A stretch of 64,000 nucleotides of DNA from Moorena sp. SIOASIH (GCF_010671925.1 NZ_JAAHIH010000001.1:613053-677052); one strand, 5' to 3'. Positions 1 through 10,455 are shown, counted from the stretch's first letter. Notes: generated by a model not told the origin, from the letters alone. A program made the numbers and translations.

Positions 1-486
1 AGAAGGCTCTGCTTGGAATTTCTTGGCTACGCCTTAGGGGTAGCGAGAAGACACAGGAGCATTCTGTAAGACTTAGAAAAAACTGGGTAACAAATCCTAT
101 AAATCCCTAGAAATAGTTATAAATAGTAGGGTGGGTTATTAAAGTACTCTACTAGTAGAGTTACTGGGGAAGTCTTGTCCTAGTTGCTGATCTATTATTT
201 CTGTCAAGAACCTGGGAGTAGTGCAACCCCACGCATAGAATCCGGGGGCTTGTAACCTCAATACTTGACCAGCTTAAGTCCTAAGCGGACTCCGTTGTCA
301 GTAAGTGTTCAAGTTCCTACCTTGGGATGCGTCGCTAGTTCCAAGCTCTAGAACCAAATTGTTAAACATCTGTATCAGGTTAAGGGAGTGCAATTTGGAT
401 AGTACCGACTGACAACATTAGCGTTCGCGGCAGCGTGTGCGAAGCACTCAGCGAACTTAACCCTAGAAATAGGAGTAAACGTAATT
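1..486 (+). ncRNA. Candidate omega-RNA (guide + scaffold) region immediately upstream of iscB
   Basis: 486 nt with no ORF directly 5' of an IscB gene. By established IS200/IS605 OMEGA biology the omega-RNA is encoded here and overlaps the iscB start. An inverted repeat GTTCGC..GCGAAC lies at 424-455. The structure was not folded; the left boundary may lie outside the window. Confidence 0.3.
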
Positions 487-1761
487 ATGCGCGTATTTGT
501 ACTCGACAAAAACAAAAAACCATTAGACCCTTGTCAGCCTGCTAGAGCCAGAATTCTACTCAAACAGGGGAAAGCAAGAGTTCTAAAAAGATACCCGTTC
601 ACAATCATTATGCCAGAATTGGAGGTCAAAAACTGTGTAACCCACGAACATCAACTCAAAATAGACCCCGGTGCTAAGACTACGGGCTTAGCCATTGTCC
701 AGGATAATAAAGTTGTTTGGGGAGCTGAACTAACTCACAGGGGTTTTCAAATCAGAGATGCTCTAATCTCTCGTAGGCGGTTAAGGCGTTCTAGGCGTAA
801 CCGGAAAACTCGTTACCGTCAGCCTAGATTTTTGAATCGAAAACGCTCAGTTGGCTGGCTAGCTCCTAGTTTAATGTCACGAGTTCACAATATCTTGACT
901 TGGACTAAAAAGTTAAGTAGATTATGCCCAATTGTTGGTATTTCTCAGGAGTTAGTCCGTTTTGACACTCAAAAAATGGAAAATCCCGAAATATCTGGTG
1001 TCGAGTATCAGCAAGGCACATTGTACGGGTATGAACTACGGGAGTATCTACTTGAAAAATGGAACCGCCAATGTGCTTACTGTGGAGCAGCTAACACTCC
1101 TCTAGAAATAGAGCATATCAAGCCATTAGCTAGGGGAGGCTCTAACCGAGTCTGTAACTTAGCTATTGCTTGTCACAAATGTAATCAGACGAAAGGAGTT
1201 CAGGAAATCGAACAATTTTTGTCTGGCAAACCTAGTGTCTTAAAGCGAGTTTTGGCTCAGGCGAAAAAGCCTTTAGCTAATGCAGCAGCGGTTAACTCAA
1301 CCAGATGGAAATTATACAATCACCTTAAGTCAACTGGTTTACCGATTGAGACCGGTAGTGGTGGATTAACTAAGTATAATCGTTGCCGTCAAAATCTCCC
1401 TAAAACCCATTGGTTGGATGCCGCTAATGTCGGTAAAGTTGATAACTTGTACATCGAAAGCTATCAACCATTATTGATTACAGCTAAAGGACATGGAACT
1501 CGTCAGATGTGTCGAACGAATAAGTTTGGTTTCCCGACTCGTTATGTCCCCAGGTACAAAGAAGTTAAAGGTTTTCAAACCGGAGATATTGTAAAAGCCA
1601 TTGTAACCAAAGGTAAGAAAATAGGAACCTATACAGGCAGAGTAGCTACTCGCCAAACCGGCTCATTTAATATCTCTACAAAACCTGGACTGGTTCAAGG
1701 AATTAGTCACAAATATTGCAGCGTTATACACCGGAAAGATGGATACTATTATAGTTTCTAA
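487..1761 (+). CDS. iscB: IscB, OMEGA RNA-guided nuclease (PLMP domain, RuvC-I/II/III, bridge helix, HNH)
   Basis: 424 aa. N-terminal MRVFVLDKNKKPLDPCQPARARILLK is a PLMP-like domain. KIDPGAKTTGLAIV is RuvC-I. An Arg-rich bridge helix RRRLRRSRRNRKTRYRQPRF follows. CAYCGAANTPLEIEHIKPLARGGSNRVCNLAIACHKCNQTKG is the HNH domain. HWLDAANVG is RuvC-III. The size is typical of IscB. Confidence 0.8.
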   Translation: MRVFVLDKNKKPLDPCQPARARILLKQGKARVLKRYPFTIIMPELEVKNCVTHEHQLKIDPGAKTTGLAIVQDNKVVWGAELTHRGFQIRDALISRRRLRRSRRNRKTRYRQPRFLNRKRSVGWLAPSLMSRVHNILTWTKKLSRLCPIVGISQELVRFDTQKMENPEISGVEYQQGTLYGYELREYLLEKWNRQCAYCGAANTPLEIEHIKPLARGGSNRVCNLAIACHKCNQTKGVQEIEQFLSGKPSVLKRVLAQAKKPLANAAAVNSTRWKLYNHLKSTGLPIETGSGGLTKYNRCRQNLPKTHWLDAANVGKVDNLYIESYQPLLITAKGHGTRQMCRTNKFGFPTRYVPRYKEVKGFQTGDIVKAIVTKGKKIGTYTGRVATRQTGSFNISTKPGLVQGISHKYCSVIHRKDGYYYSF

Positions 1762-1797
1762 TTCCCAGGAAACTCTGTCAAACTGCTGTTTATGTAA

Positions 1798-1869
1798 GGG
1801 GAGCGACTCCTTCCCATGCATGAATGACAGGGGTTTCCGTCGCTCCCCTTACCAACCCCTATTTTTTTG
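1798..1869 (+). terminator. Hairpin GGGGAGCGAC..GTCGCTCCCC followed by a T7 run; terminator and/or IS right-end structure
   Basis: A 10-bp perfect inverted repeat at 1798-1807 / 1839-1848, with an internal CATGCATG palindrome and a TTTTTTT run at 1863-1869. Confidence 0.4.
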
Positions 1870-4218
1870 ATGATTGACTTGCTTGCGATCGCACTCAGGG
1901 TGCTTTTAGGCTTATTTATTTTTGCGATTGGGCTAACCCTTGCTAAGTGGATTCCCAATCACCGGATTCGAGCTATTACCCAACCAAACCGTTGGTTTAG
2001 GCAAAGGGTTACTCTAGGACTGATGATCCTGACTAGTTTGATGATGCTGGGGTCAATTGTATTAGTCACTGATACTGTTAAGGTAAATTCAGGACAGGCT
2101 GAGGTAGTTAGCTCTCGGAAATACCAGAAGAACATCCGCCTCGGAACAACGAATGTAGCCATCGGAGGTGGTGGTTATGTCACTGGTGTTTACCTCCATC
2201 CACTGGAGAAAGACTTAGTTTATATTCGGACTGATGTTGGTGGCTTCTATCGTTGGGATGAGGGGAAGCAACGTTGGATTCCCCTGACAGAACACTTTCC
2301 CTTCTCTGAGAGAAACTATTATGGAGGAGAAGCACTAGCTGTTGATCCCAATGATCCAACTATTGTCTATATTGCGGCTGGAAAATATCCCTGGGCTGAA
2401 CCGGGAGCACTATTTAAATCTACCGATAAAGGACAAACTTGGACAAAGTTGAACCTAGATCTCAAGATGGGGGCTAACCACAAGAAAAAATGGCTAGGAG
2501 AGAGACTAGCCGTTGATCCGTTCAATTCCAATATTATCCTGTTCGGCTCTAGAGAAGATGGACTTTGGAAATCATCGGATGCTGGTGCTACCTGGCAAAA
2601 CGTGACCTCTTTTGCAGGTAAACCAGATAACAAAATTGGTATTACAGCGATTGTCTTTGATAAACAGGTACCGGGCTTAGTGTATGCTTCTCCCTATGGA
2701 GATGGCATCTACAAATCTACTGACTCTGGGGTCAGCTGGACTCAGGTAGCTGGTAGCCCAAAAACAGTCAATCGCATGGCTGTGGGAAACAATAATATCC
2801 TCTACGTCACCAGTACCAGTAATCCTGGAGTCCACAAGTATGCCAATGGTGTCTGGAAAACCATGAAACCACGGGGCGCTAATCGGATTTTTGGTCCGGT
2901 AAGTGTGAATCCTGCTAATCCTGAGGATATCTTAGTTGCCCTAAACCGCACACAAAAAACTAAATTCTACCGTTCCCTGGATGGCGGCGCTACCTGGAAA
3001 CAGCAGCAGTCTTTTGCTAACAATACTATTCCTTGGTGGCCGAAGAAGTTTTTTGCCAATCATATGGCAGGGATGGAATTTGACCCGAAAGTACCGGGAA
3101 GAGTGTGGTTTACGGATTGGTATGGTGTATGGCGGACAGATGATCTTAATGCTAATCCCGTTGTCTGGACTAACTATGCAGCAGGACACGAGGAAGTGGT
3201 TCCGTTCACTCTAGTTTCACCACCCCGTGGTCCGATACTGGTAAGTGGGGTGGCGGATGTAGATGGTTTCTACCATAACCAAGGATTAGATACTTACCCC
3301 TCTCAACGACTTGGTCTGGGGGAGCCCGGTAAGTCATTCCAGGAAACCTATAGTATTGCTTACTGTGAAACTAAACCCTTGCAGATGGTTCGGGTTGGTG
3401 GTAACCGCTGGAATTCAACCTACACTGGAGCTACTTCCAGCGATGGCGGTCTGACATGGCAACAGTTTGCCTCATTTCCAGACAATACGATGCCGATGCG
3501 GGTCGCTATGTCTGCTACTAACCCCAATCTATTTGTTGTGACAGTTAGTCAAGGTCAGCCACTGCGCACTACGGATCGAGGGGTGACCTGGCAAAAGGTT
3601 TCAGGATTACCCAATGGTCCGGGTGGTCCATGGAACTGGTCTCAATCTTTAGCGGCAGACCCTGTAGATGGCAACACGTTTTATTACTATGCCAAACGGA
3701 AAGTCTATCGTTCCAATGACGGTGGCTCATCTTTTCAAATTGTGAATGATTCACTGCGGAATGAAGGTTGGCATTCCCTGAAAACGGTGCCAGGGGTTAA
3801 GGGTGAAATTTGGCTGAGTCTAGACCGCAAGGGTTTCTATCGCTCTACCGATGGCGGTCAGTCATTCCTTAAGCTGCCTTCAGTAACCAGAGCTCACCTA
3901 TTTGCTTTTGGTAAAGCACCCCAGGGCAGCGACACTCCAGCACTATATATTTATGGCAATATTGATGGAAATGTTCCCAATCTCGGAAATGGGGTTAGAA
4001 ATCAGGAAGCTAGAGGAAGCTTAGCAAGCTCAGCCAAAAGCCGTGCCCAAGAACCAGGAATATTCCAGTCCCTTGACATGGGACGCACGTGGACACGGAT
4101 GGGCGATCGCTCCCGACCAATTGGCAATAGACCTACTGTGATGGAGGCGAGTAAGCAGGAGTTCGGACTTGTCTTTATTGGTACCAATGGTAGGGGAATA
4201 TACTACGGAACACAATAG
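1870..4218 (+). CDS. Membrane-anchored BNR/Asp-box repeat beta-propeller protein (GH74/sialidase-like)
   Basis: Two N-terminal hydrophobic helices. At least nine S-x-D-x-G-x-T-W Asp-box motifs: STDKGQTW, SSDAGATW, STDSGVSW, SLDGGATW, SSDGGLTW, TTDRGVTW, SNDGGSSF, STDGGQSF, SLDMGRTW. The ORF track starts at a TTG at 1867; the first ATG is 1870. Confidence 0.75.
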   Translation: MIDLLAIALRVLLGLFIFAIGLTLAKWIPNHRIRAITQPNRWFRQRVTLGLMILTSLMMLGSIVLVTDTVKVNSGQAEVVSSRKYQKNIRLGTTNVAIGGGGYVTGVYLHPLEKDLVYIRTDVGGFYRWDEGKQRWIPLTEHFPFSERNYYGGEALAVDPNDPTIVYIAAGKYPWAEPGALFKSTDKGQTWTKLNLDLKMGANHKKKWLGERLAVDPFNSNIILFGSREDGLWKSSDAGATWQNVTSFAGKPDNKIGITAIVFDKQVPGLVYASPYGDGIYKSTDSGVSWTQVAGSPKTVNRMAVGNNNILYVTSTSNPGVHKYANGVWKTMKPRGANRIFGPVSVNPANPEDILVALNRTQKTKFYRSLDGGATWKQQQSFANNTIPWWPKKFFANHMAGMEFDPKVPGRVWFTDWYGVWRTDDLNANPVVWTNYAAGHEEVVPFTLVSPPRGPILVSGVADVDGFYHNQGLDTYPSQRLGLGEPGKSFQETYSIAYCETKPLQMVRVGGNRWNSTYTGATSSDGGLTWQQFASFPDNTMPMRVAMSATNPNLFVVTVSQGQPLRTTDRGVTWQKVSGLPNGPGGPWNWSQSLAADPVDGNTFYYYAKRKVYRSNDGGSSFQIVNDSLRNEGWHSLKTVPGVKGEIWLSLDRKGFYRSTDGGQSFLKLPSVTRAHLFAFGKAPQGSDTPALYIYGNIDGNVPNLGNGVRNQEARGSLASSAKSRAQEPGIFQSLDMGRTWTRMGDRSRPIGNRPTVMEASKQEFGLVFIGTNGRGIYYGTQ

Positions 4219-4225
4219 GGTTAAT

Positions 4226-4427
4226 GTAAGCATTCAGCCGTCAGCCGTTGGCCGTAGGCCAAGCTACTTGAGGTGCCGTCAGCTTATTTTTCAAGTACCG
4301 TGCGCTATGGGCATAAACTGTTGCCGTAGCGTGACCACAGGCCTTTAGCCGTTCCCGTAGCGTGCGCGTAGCGCATTAGCCTTTAGCTGATACGCGACAC
4401 GCTGATAGCTGATAGCTGAATGCTTAG
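4226..4427. repeat. MITE-like element bounded by inverted GTAAGCATTCAGC ... GCTGAATGCTTAG termini
   Basis: Terminal inverted repeats at 4226-4238 and 4415-4427. Internal modules CAGCCGT heptamers, GCTACTTGAGGTGC, GCGTAGCGTGCGCGTAGCGC and GCTGATA heptamers recur in similar elements across the window. Confidence 0.5.
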
Positions 4428-4776
4428 GGGTTAATTTTGATTAATTGTTTAAGATTTTTATAAAATTTTCCTTGTAATTTGGGTAATCCTTATTGAATAG
4501 GGAATACACTAAATTACTGACTTGTTTCGTGTTAATCAGGGAATCAAACTATGGCACTCCTGCAATTTTTAATCATTAGCGCCATTTGTATGGTGTTAAT
4601 CAAGTTTGTTGCCTCTTGGTTTGGGTATGGCAACATACCGATACTGAATAAATTAGTGACTATTATTCTCAGCGTCTTCGTGACCTTTGAAATTATTCAG
4701 CTGGTGCAAGCTATAATTATCAAATTTGGTTGAGGGCTGTTCGCCCTTGGCGTTCCCGTAGGGTCGGTTGAGGGAG

Positions 4777-4846
4777 GGTTGAAGGTTGAAGGTTGAAGGT
4801 TGAAGGTTGAAGGTTGAAGGTTGAAGGTTGAAGGTTGAAGGTTGAC
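4777..4846. repeat. Heptamer tandem repeat (GGTTGAA)n, about 10 copies
   Basis: Direct reading of a perfect tandem heptamer array. Confidence 0.9.
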
Positions 4847-4946
4847 CTTCAATAAGATGCGATCGCTTAAGTTATTAATAAGTTACTAAAGTTAAAAGTT
4901 GACTAGAGCGTTTCTCCTACTTATGAGGTAAAGTCAATTTTCTTAC

Positions 4947-5062
4947 CCCTACTCCCTACTCCCTACTCCCTACTCCCTACTCCCTACTCCCTACTCCCTA
5001 CTCCCTACTCCCTACTCCCTACTCCCTACTCCCTACTCCCTACTCCCTACTCCCTACTCCCT
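4947..5062. repeat. Heptamer tandem repeat (CTACTCC)n, about 16 copies
   Basis: Direct reading of a perfect tandem heptamer array. Confidence 0.9.
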
Positions 5063-5085
5063 GTATTACGCAATAGTTTCTAGCA

Positions 5086-7679
5086 GTGTCTGGAAAATCA
5101 AATAGGCTGAAGTAGCACGGGCGACCGAATATTGGCGCACCTGGGAGCGAGAGGAGTAAGACCCTCTCCCCCCCTAGGATTCAGGAGGGTTCCCACTCGA
5201 AGGTGCAAAAGACGATGGACATCTCGGAAAGAAAAATCTAGGATTATCCCGAAGTCTTTTGTATCAGAGCTAGAGAGAAAGTAGGTTATAACCGAACCAC
5301 CGAATAGGAAATAACCGAACAGGGAAAGAACGACAAGGTTGAAGGACATGAATCGTTGTTTAAAGGCACCGTCATCAGTGATAACCCCGCTAAACTCGGT
5401 GATGGGGTTATAGGCTCCAGGATTACATTGCGTGTTAGATGTAATCGAATCCCATGAAGGACCCGGTGTAGAGACGGCAACCTTTAGTTCGCAACTCACA
5501 GGCGCGTAAACGGGTAAGCCGAGATTGAGTCCATATTGTCTGGTCGATAAATATGGTAGCCAAACCGCAAGGAAAGGTATAACTCTCAGTCCGGTAAAAG
5601 TCTGAACCAAGCAAAGGCCGACACCTGAAAAGGAACGGGAATACATAACCGGTCGGATAGAGGGAAGTCCCTCGCTCGAAAGAGCGCTGAATTTCAGAGC
5701 TGATTCCGAGCCAAGAGGAAACGTACTTAATTAACTTAAAGTGTACATGGAAAAGATAGAACCTATATCGCAAGATACGGGTATCGTAACTGAACACACC
5801 ACTGAATGGCACTCCATAAATTGGAAGAAAGCCTACAGACAGGTGAGGAAATTAAGACAACGTATTTTCAAAGCGACACGTGAAGGAAACTGGAAAAAGG
5901 TCAATAAACTCCAAAGATTGATGCTTAGGAGTTACAGCAATGTCCAGATATCCGTCAAAACAGCCACCCAACAAAATAAAGGAAAGAGAACGGCAGGGGT
6001 TGATCAAGAAAAATGCCTGAATCCTCAAGAAAGAGGACAGATGGTAGACAGATTAATCAACCTCAAATCATGGGCAGCTAAACCCACCAAACGCATCTAC
6101 ATACCCAAGGCCAACGGCAAACAAAGACCCTTAGGGATACCAAGTATCACCGACAGATGTCTACAAGCCATAGTCAAAAACACACTAGAACCTGCCTGGG
6201 AAGCCCAGTTTGAAGGAACCTCATACGGGTTCAGACCAGGCAGAAGTGCCCATGATGCCCGACAACGCATCTTCTCAAATATTAAAGGGGAAAAGAATAG
6301 GAAATGGTGGATAGTGGAAGCGGACATAAAAGGATGCTTCGACAATATAGCCCACCAACCACTTCTGGAATCCATCGGAAACTTTCCAGCAAGAAAGCAA
6401 ATTAAAGACTGGTTAAAGGCAGGGTACGTAGATAAAAATACGTTCCACCCGACAGAATCAGGCACCCCACAGGGGGGAATAATAAGCCCACTTCTGGCCA
6501 ACATTGCTTTACACGGACTGGAAACAGAGTTAGGAATAACCTATAAAAGGGTTAAAAGAAACAACAGGGCAAGTTACTGGGAAAATAAATCCAATAGAAC
6601 AATAGCTCGCTTTGCGGATGACTTTGTAATCATAACAGAGAGCAAAGAAGATGCTGTGAACGCTAAGGAAATCACGAAGAAGTGGTTATCCAAAAGAGGG
6701 TTAGAACTATCGGAAGAAAAAAACCAAGATAACTCACCTAACAGAAGGATTCGATTTCCTAGGATGGAACTTCAGGAAATATAAAACAACCGGAAAAAAG
6801 TCAGGGTACATTACACTAATTAAACCCTCCAAGAAAAGCCTGAAGAACATCAAGAAGGAGATAAAAATAGCCATGGCTCAACTAAAGGGTGCATCAGAAG
6901 ATGTGGTGATAGCCAAGTTACAACCTCTCATAAGAGGATGGACCAACTATCACAACGGGACAGTGGCTAAAGAAACCTTCAACAACCTAAATGAATACGT
7001 AAGATGGAAATTAGTAAGATGGTGCCTAAGAAGATACCCAAAAAATAAAAGTTGGGAATGGATTAAAGCCAAACACTTCGGCAAATTCTGCCCTGGAAGG
7101 GAAGATAACCATGTGTTCGGAAGGAAAGACAATTATCTGGACAAAGCACAATGGACAAACATCACCAGGCATGTGCTAGTAACCCACAACTACTCTAAGG
7201 ACGACCCTGAACTCCAAGAATATTGGAAGAAAAGGCAAGAAAAAAATGGGAAAAAAGCAGCAGAAGGAGCACTATCCAAAGGTAGGAATAAGATAGCCTT
7301 AAGGCAAAAATACACCTGCCCATACTGCGGACAACCACTTGGAGAATATAATAATGTTCATCTACACCACATTATCCCTAGGGAAAATGGGGGAAAAGAT
7401 GAAGCAGGGAACCTAGTATATGTCCACGAAGATTGTCACAGGACCATCCACGCCTTGGGAGCCAGCAATCCTGAGATACAGGAAAAACTGTATCGAGCGA
7501 TAAAAACCCGTCCAAGGAACCGGAAGAAAAGCCAAAAGGTACAAACCCGGTTATCCAAAGACTAAAAGCTGGATGAAAAGATAACGTGTATAAAGGAATT
7601 GGTTGCGCCGTGTGCTTGGTAACTTGCTCGCACGGTGCTTAGGGGGCGAAGAGGGAGCAATCCCTCCGACCTACCCAAT
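5086..7679 (+). mobile_element. Group II intron, about 2.6 kb, with its intron-encoded protein in domain IV
   Basis: An RT-X-HNH ORF is flanked by non-coding RNA-like sequence. A domain V-like hairpin GCGCCGTGTGC-TTGGTAACTTGC-TCGCACGGTGC lies at 7604-7638. A domain VI-like segment ends in ..CCAAT at 7679. The proposed 5' end GTGTC at 5086 and the 3' end are inferred from reconstructing the interrupted dhaL reading frame: joining 5085|7680 restores ..GHQDPVLETIA-stop on the minus strand. Boundaries are within a few nt. Confidence 0.6.
5741..7565 (+). pseudogene. Group II intron-encoded reverse transcriptase/maturase/HNH endonuclease, split by a +1 frameshift in an A7 run (6717-6723)
   Basis: ORF 5741-6784 carries RT domains 0-7 (RPLGIPSITDRCLQA, FRPGRSAHDA, FADDFVII). 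ORF 6873-7565 carries the X/maturase motif RGWTNYH and an HNH domain (CPYCGQ..HHIIPRENGG..HEDCH). Deleting one A from GAAGAAAAAAACC restores the canonical ..LSEEKTKITHLTEGFDFLGWNFRKY.. junction. This is either a genuine pseudogene or a homopolymer sequencing error. Confidence 0.8.
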
Positions 7680-8253
7680 CAGGGTCTTGATGTCCAGCAC
7701 TGCGCTCCCCTAAATAACTGGCTCGTCCTTTCTTGGCCACCAACGGAATAGTATTTTTCATCCCTTCTTCTGCGGCGTTGACGGCCTGTTGCAAGGCTGC
7801 TAGCATACTGTCTCCTTTATCTACAGCTTGTGCGAAGGCATTGGCTGCGGGTGATAGAGCATCTAACATGGTCTTATCTCCCAAGTTGGCTTTGCCTCGC
7901 TGGACGACTCCCTCCACTGCTGCTTGGAATAGTTTGACCATATCCTCTTTTGTCAGTTCTTGCTTTCCTGCTACTGCTGCACTTGAGCGCAAGAACAGGG
8001 TGCCATAAAGTGGTCCACTGGCACCTCCGACACTGGAAATTAGAGTCATGCTGACGGTTTTGAGAATACTGCCAATGTCTTTATCTGCCACTTTAGGAAG
8101 CTCAGTGATCACCTTTTGAAAGCCACGATTCATATTGATACCGTGGTCAGCATCACCAATAGCAGCATCAAGTTCGGTTAGATAGTCCTTGTTTTGTTCT
8201 AGTACAGTAGCGACTGCTTGTAACCACTGTAGAATTTGATGTTTAGTTACCAT
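7639..8253 (-). CDS. dhaL: Dihydroxyacetone kinase ADP-binding subunit DhaL; its C-terminus is replaced by intron-derived sequence
   Basis: ELDAAIGDADHGINMNRG, GGASGPLYGT and KKGRASYLGERSAGHQDPD motifs. The last 12 codons (..DWVGRRDCSLFAP) are read from the group II intron 3' end rather than from dhaL. Confidence 0.8.
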   Translation of the reverse strand: MVTKHQILQWLQAVATVLEQNKDYLTELDAAIGDADHGINMNRGFQKVITELPKVADKDIGSILKTVSMTLISSVGGASGPLYGTLFLRSSAAVAGKQELTKEDMVKLFQAAVEGVVQRGKANLGDKTMLDALSPAANAFAQAVDKGDSMLAALQQAVNAAEEGMKNTIPLVAKKGRASYLGERSAGHQDPDWVGRRDCSLFAP

Positions 8254-8299
8254 AGTGGCAGACTGGGTCAGGGGATGAGAGCCTCAGGGTAGCAATGAG

Positions 8300-8497
8300 G
8301 TAAGCATTCAGCTATCAGCTATCAGCTAATGCGCTACTTGAGATGCTACTTGAGGTGCTAATGGCCTATGGCCACGCTAATTTATGTGCTTATAGGCTAT
8401 TAGCAAGCTATGAGACTTTTGAATAAAACAAGTAAGCATTCGAATAATGCTGAGTTATGGAAAGCTGACGGCTGACCGCTGACGGCTGAATGCTTAC
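8300..8497. repeat. MITE-like element with GTAAGCATTCAGC / GCTGAATGCTTAC inverted termini
   Basis: Terminal inverted repeats at 8300-8312 and 8485-8497. Internal CAGCTAT heptamers, GCGCTACTTGAGATGCTACTTGAGGTGC and CTGACGG heptamers. A GCAATTA x4 array lies just outside at 8500-8525. Confidence 0.5.
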
Positions 8498-8566
8498 GCA
8501 ATTAGCAATTAGCAATTAGCAATTAGCTAAGCTTTACGATACTGATGCTCCCAGATATCATATTAA

Positions 8567-9640
8567 TCATAATCCCCAACGCAGGGCTGGTGTCTTGACT
8601 GGTGCATCCCAGAATTTAATTAGCTCATCGTTCATCTTGAGTAGGGTAATCGAGCAGCCTTGCATTTCTAGAGACGTAATATAAGGACCAATCAGACTAC
8701 GCACGATTTCCAGTCCCTTTTGTTCACAGATTTGGGCTAATTTCCGATACACAATGTATAGTTCCGACAGGGGAGTACCACCCATGCTATTCACGAATGC
8801 TAGAATGCGATCGCTTTTCTGAAAAGGCGGGTCAGTTATTTCCAACTCTGTCCATTCTGCTTTATCTTCATCCCACTCTCGCAATGTGCGGCTATAGGCA
8901 GAATCTTCAATAATCGATAGCGCTAGCATTTCAGTTATCTCATCCGCTGATTTTAGGGACATTCGTTTTCTTCCCGGTTCTCCGTGAATGCCAATCCCAA
9001 ATTCTATTTCCGCTTCCCCCAAGTCAAACATGGGACTACCTTTAGCAGGAGGGGTGCAGGATGTCAAGGCCATACCCATGCTGCGTCCATTACCATTAAC
9101 CTGGCGACAGAGATTAGCCAGTTGTTTGAGGTCATAACCGGCAGCAGCGGCAGCGCCACAGATTTTCTCGGCTAATAATGTCGTCCCTACCCCCCGCCTG
9201 CCTTGAGTATAGAGGCTATCTTTAACCGCTACATCATCATCAATTAGGATATTGAGGACTCGGATGCCTTCTGAGATAGCTAATTCCGCAGCTAACTCAA
9301 AATTCATGACGTCACCGCTATAGTTTTTGACAATATTAAGAACCCCCGCGCCACTGTTGACTATTTTGGCAGCTTCTAGCATTTGGTCGGGAGTGGGAGA
9401 GGTAAACACTTCACCGGGACAGGCGGCATCTAACATTCCCGCACCCACAAAGCCCCCGTGCAAGGGTTCATGACCACTACCACCACCGGAAATAATCGCT
9501 ACTTTGTTTGATATGGGAGCATCAGCGCGGTAGATCAAGGGGGGGTCAAGATTAATTTTGAGCAGGTCAGGATGGGCTACAGCCATGCCTTCTAGGCTTT
9601 CTCTGACAACATTATCGGGATGATTGATTAATTTTTTCAT
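8567..9640 (-). CDS. dhaK: Dihydroxyacetone kinase DHA-binding subunit DhaK
   Basis: 357 aa. Motifs [30 protein letters not shown] and PGRKRMSL match the Dak1/DhaK family. Upstream of dhaL on the same strand. Confidence 0.85.
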   Translation of the reverse strand: MKKLINHPDNVVRESLEGMAVAHPDLLKINLDPPLIYRADAPISNKVAIISGGGSGHEPLHGGFVGAGMLDAACPGEVFTSPTPDQMLEAAKIVNSGAGVLNIVKNYSGDVMNFELAAELAISEGIRVLNILIDDDVAVKDSLYTQGRRGVGTTLLAEKICGAAAAAGYDLKQLANLCRQVNGNGRSMGMALTSCTPPAKGSPMFDLGEAEIEFGIGIHGEPGRKRMSLKSADEITEMLALSIIEDSAYSRTLREWDEDKAEWTELEITDPPFQKSDRILAFVNSMGGTPLSELYIVYRKLAQICEQKGLEIVRSLIGPYITSLEMQGCSITLLKMNDELIKFWDAPVKTPALRWGL

Positions 9641-10455
9641 GATTGATATCAGTAGTCATGGGTAATGGGTAATGGGTAATAGGTAATTGGTGATCCCATT
9701 ACCCATTACCTAGGCTTTACAATACCGATGCTACCGAACTTGATATAGTGGTTTTCAAGGCGCGCTAATTACAATAACAACAAGTAGTCATTAGTCATTA
9801 GCTAGGATTCGGGATTATACTTAACCTACAAGCAAACCGCTATTTTAGCAAAAAACGGAAGTAGCAATTATCAAGCTCAAACGGCACTCTGTCAAAATTA
9901 TTATCCCTGTTAAAGCCCAAAAAATAAAAATTATAACCCTTTAACATTCTGATTACGGTACGCAATAAAGATTGTTATTAGGAAACCAGAGTAAGGCTAC
10001 ACTCAATTGATGAAGTTTAATAAATATTTGTAAATAACGGCGGCCACTTTCAAAAAGTATAGGTTGAGGAAATAGTGCTGCTAATCTTTCACTTATAAAG
10101 TGTTTATGAAATTGGTGCAGCCCTAGCAACAGCTGAAGGGTTAGACATTGAATGACGTTTAATCGACTTTGAAATTGAGCCTGAATCAAATTGAGATAAC
10201 ATTTTGCAATAAAACGGGATTGTTGACAATTGAGACCGTTATTTTTCTCCCACAACTTGCTCTGATTACCAAGCCATAAGTCTTTTAGCCAGGTTGTGAC
10301 CCCGTCAACAACTGTGGACATCTGGACAACCCTGATTACCTTACCAAGTTGACCAAGACCTTTAACTAATTGTGCCATGCTTAAACCTAAATGCTAGTAT
10401 AATCCCGATACCAATTTTTTTTTGAAATTAGGGTAACACATAAGGAAATTCAACC

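Noticed and set aside
1471-2162. Small minus-strand ORFs overlapping iscB and the BNR gene start
   Set aside because: They are antisense to strongly supported CDSs.
4551-4733. 60-aa very hydrophobic ORF in AT-rich intergenic DNA
   Set aside because: It could be a small membrane protein, but there is no supporting homology or clear RBS; left uncalled.
5098-5812. Two minus-strand ORFs (182 aa and 125 aa)
   Set aside because: They lie antisense within the group II intron ribozyme domains I-III. They have no homology or coding signal and the region is structured RNA.
9953-10378. 141-aa minus-strand ORF in the 815-bp AT-rich gap between dhaK and the EF-hand arginase gene
   Set aside because: It has no recognisable domain or leader and is Leu/Gln-rich low complexity. 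It could be an orphan or a decayed transposase fragment; it is not supported enough to call.
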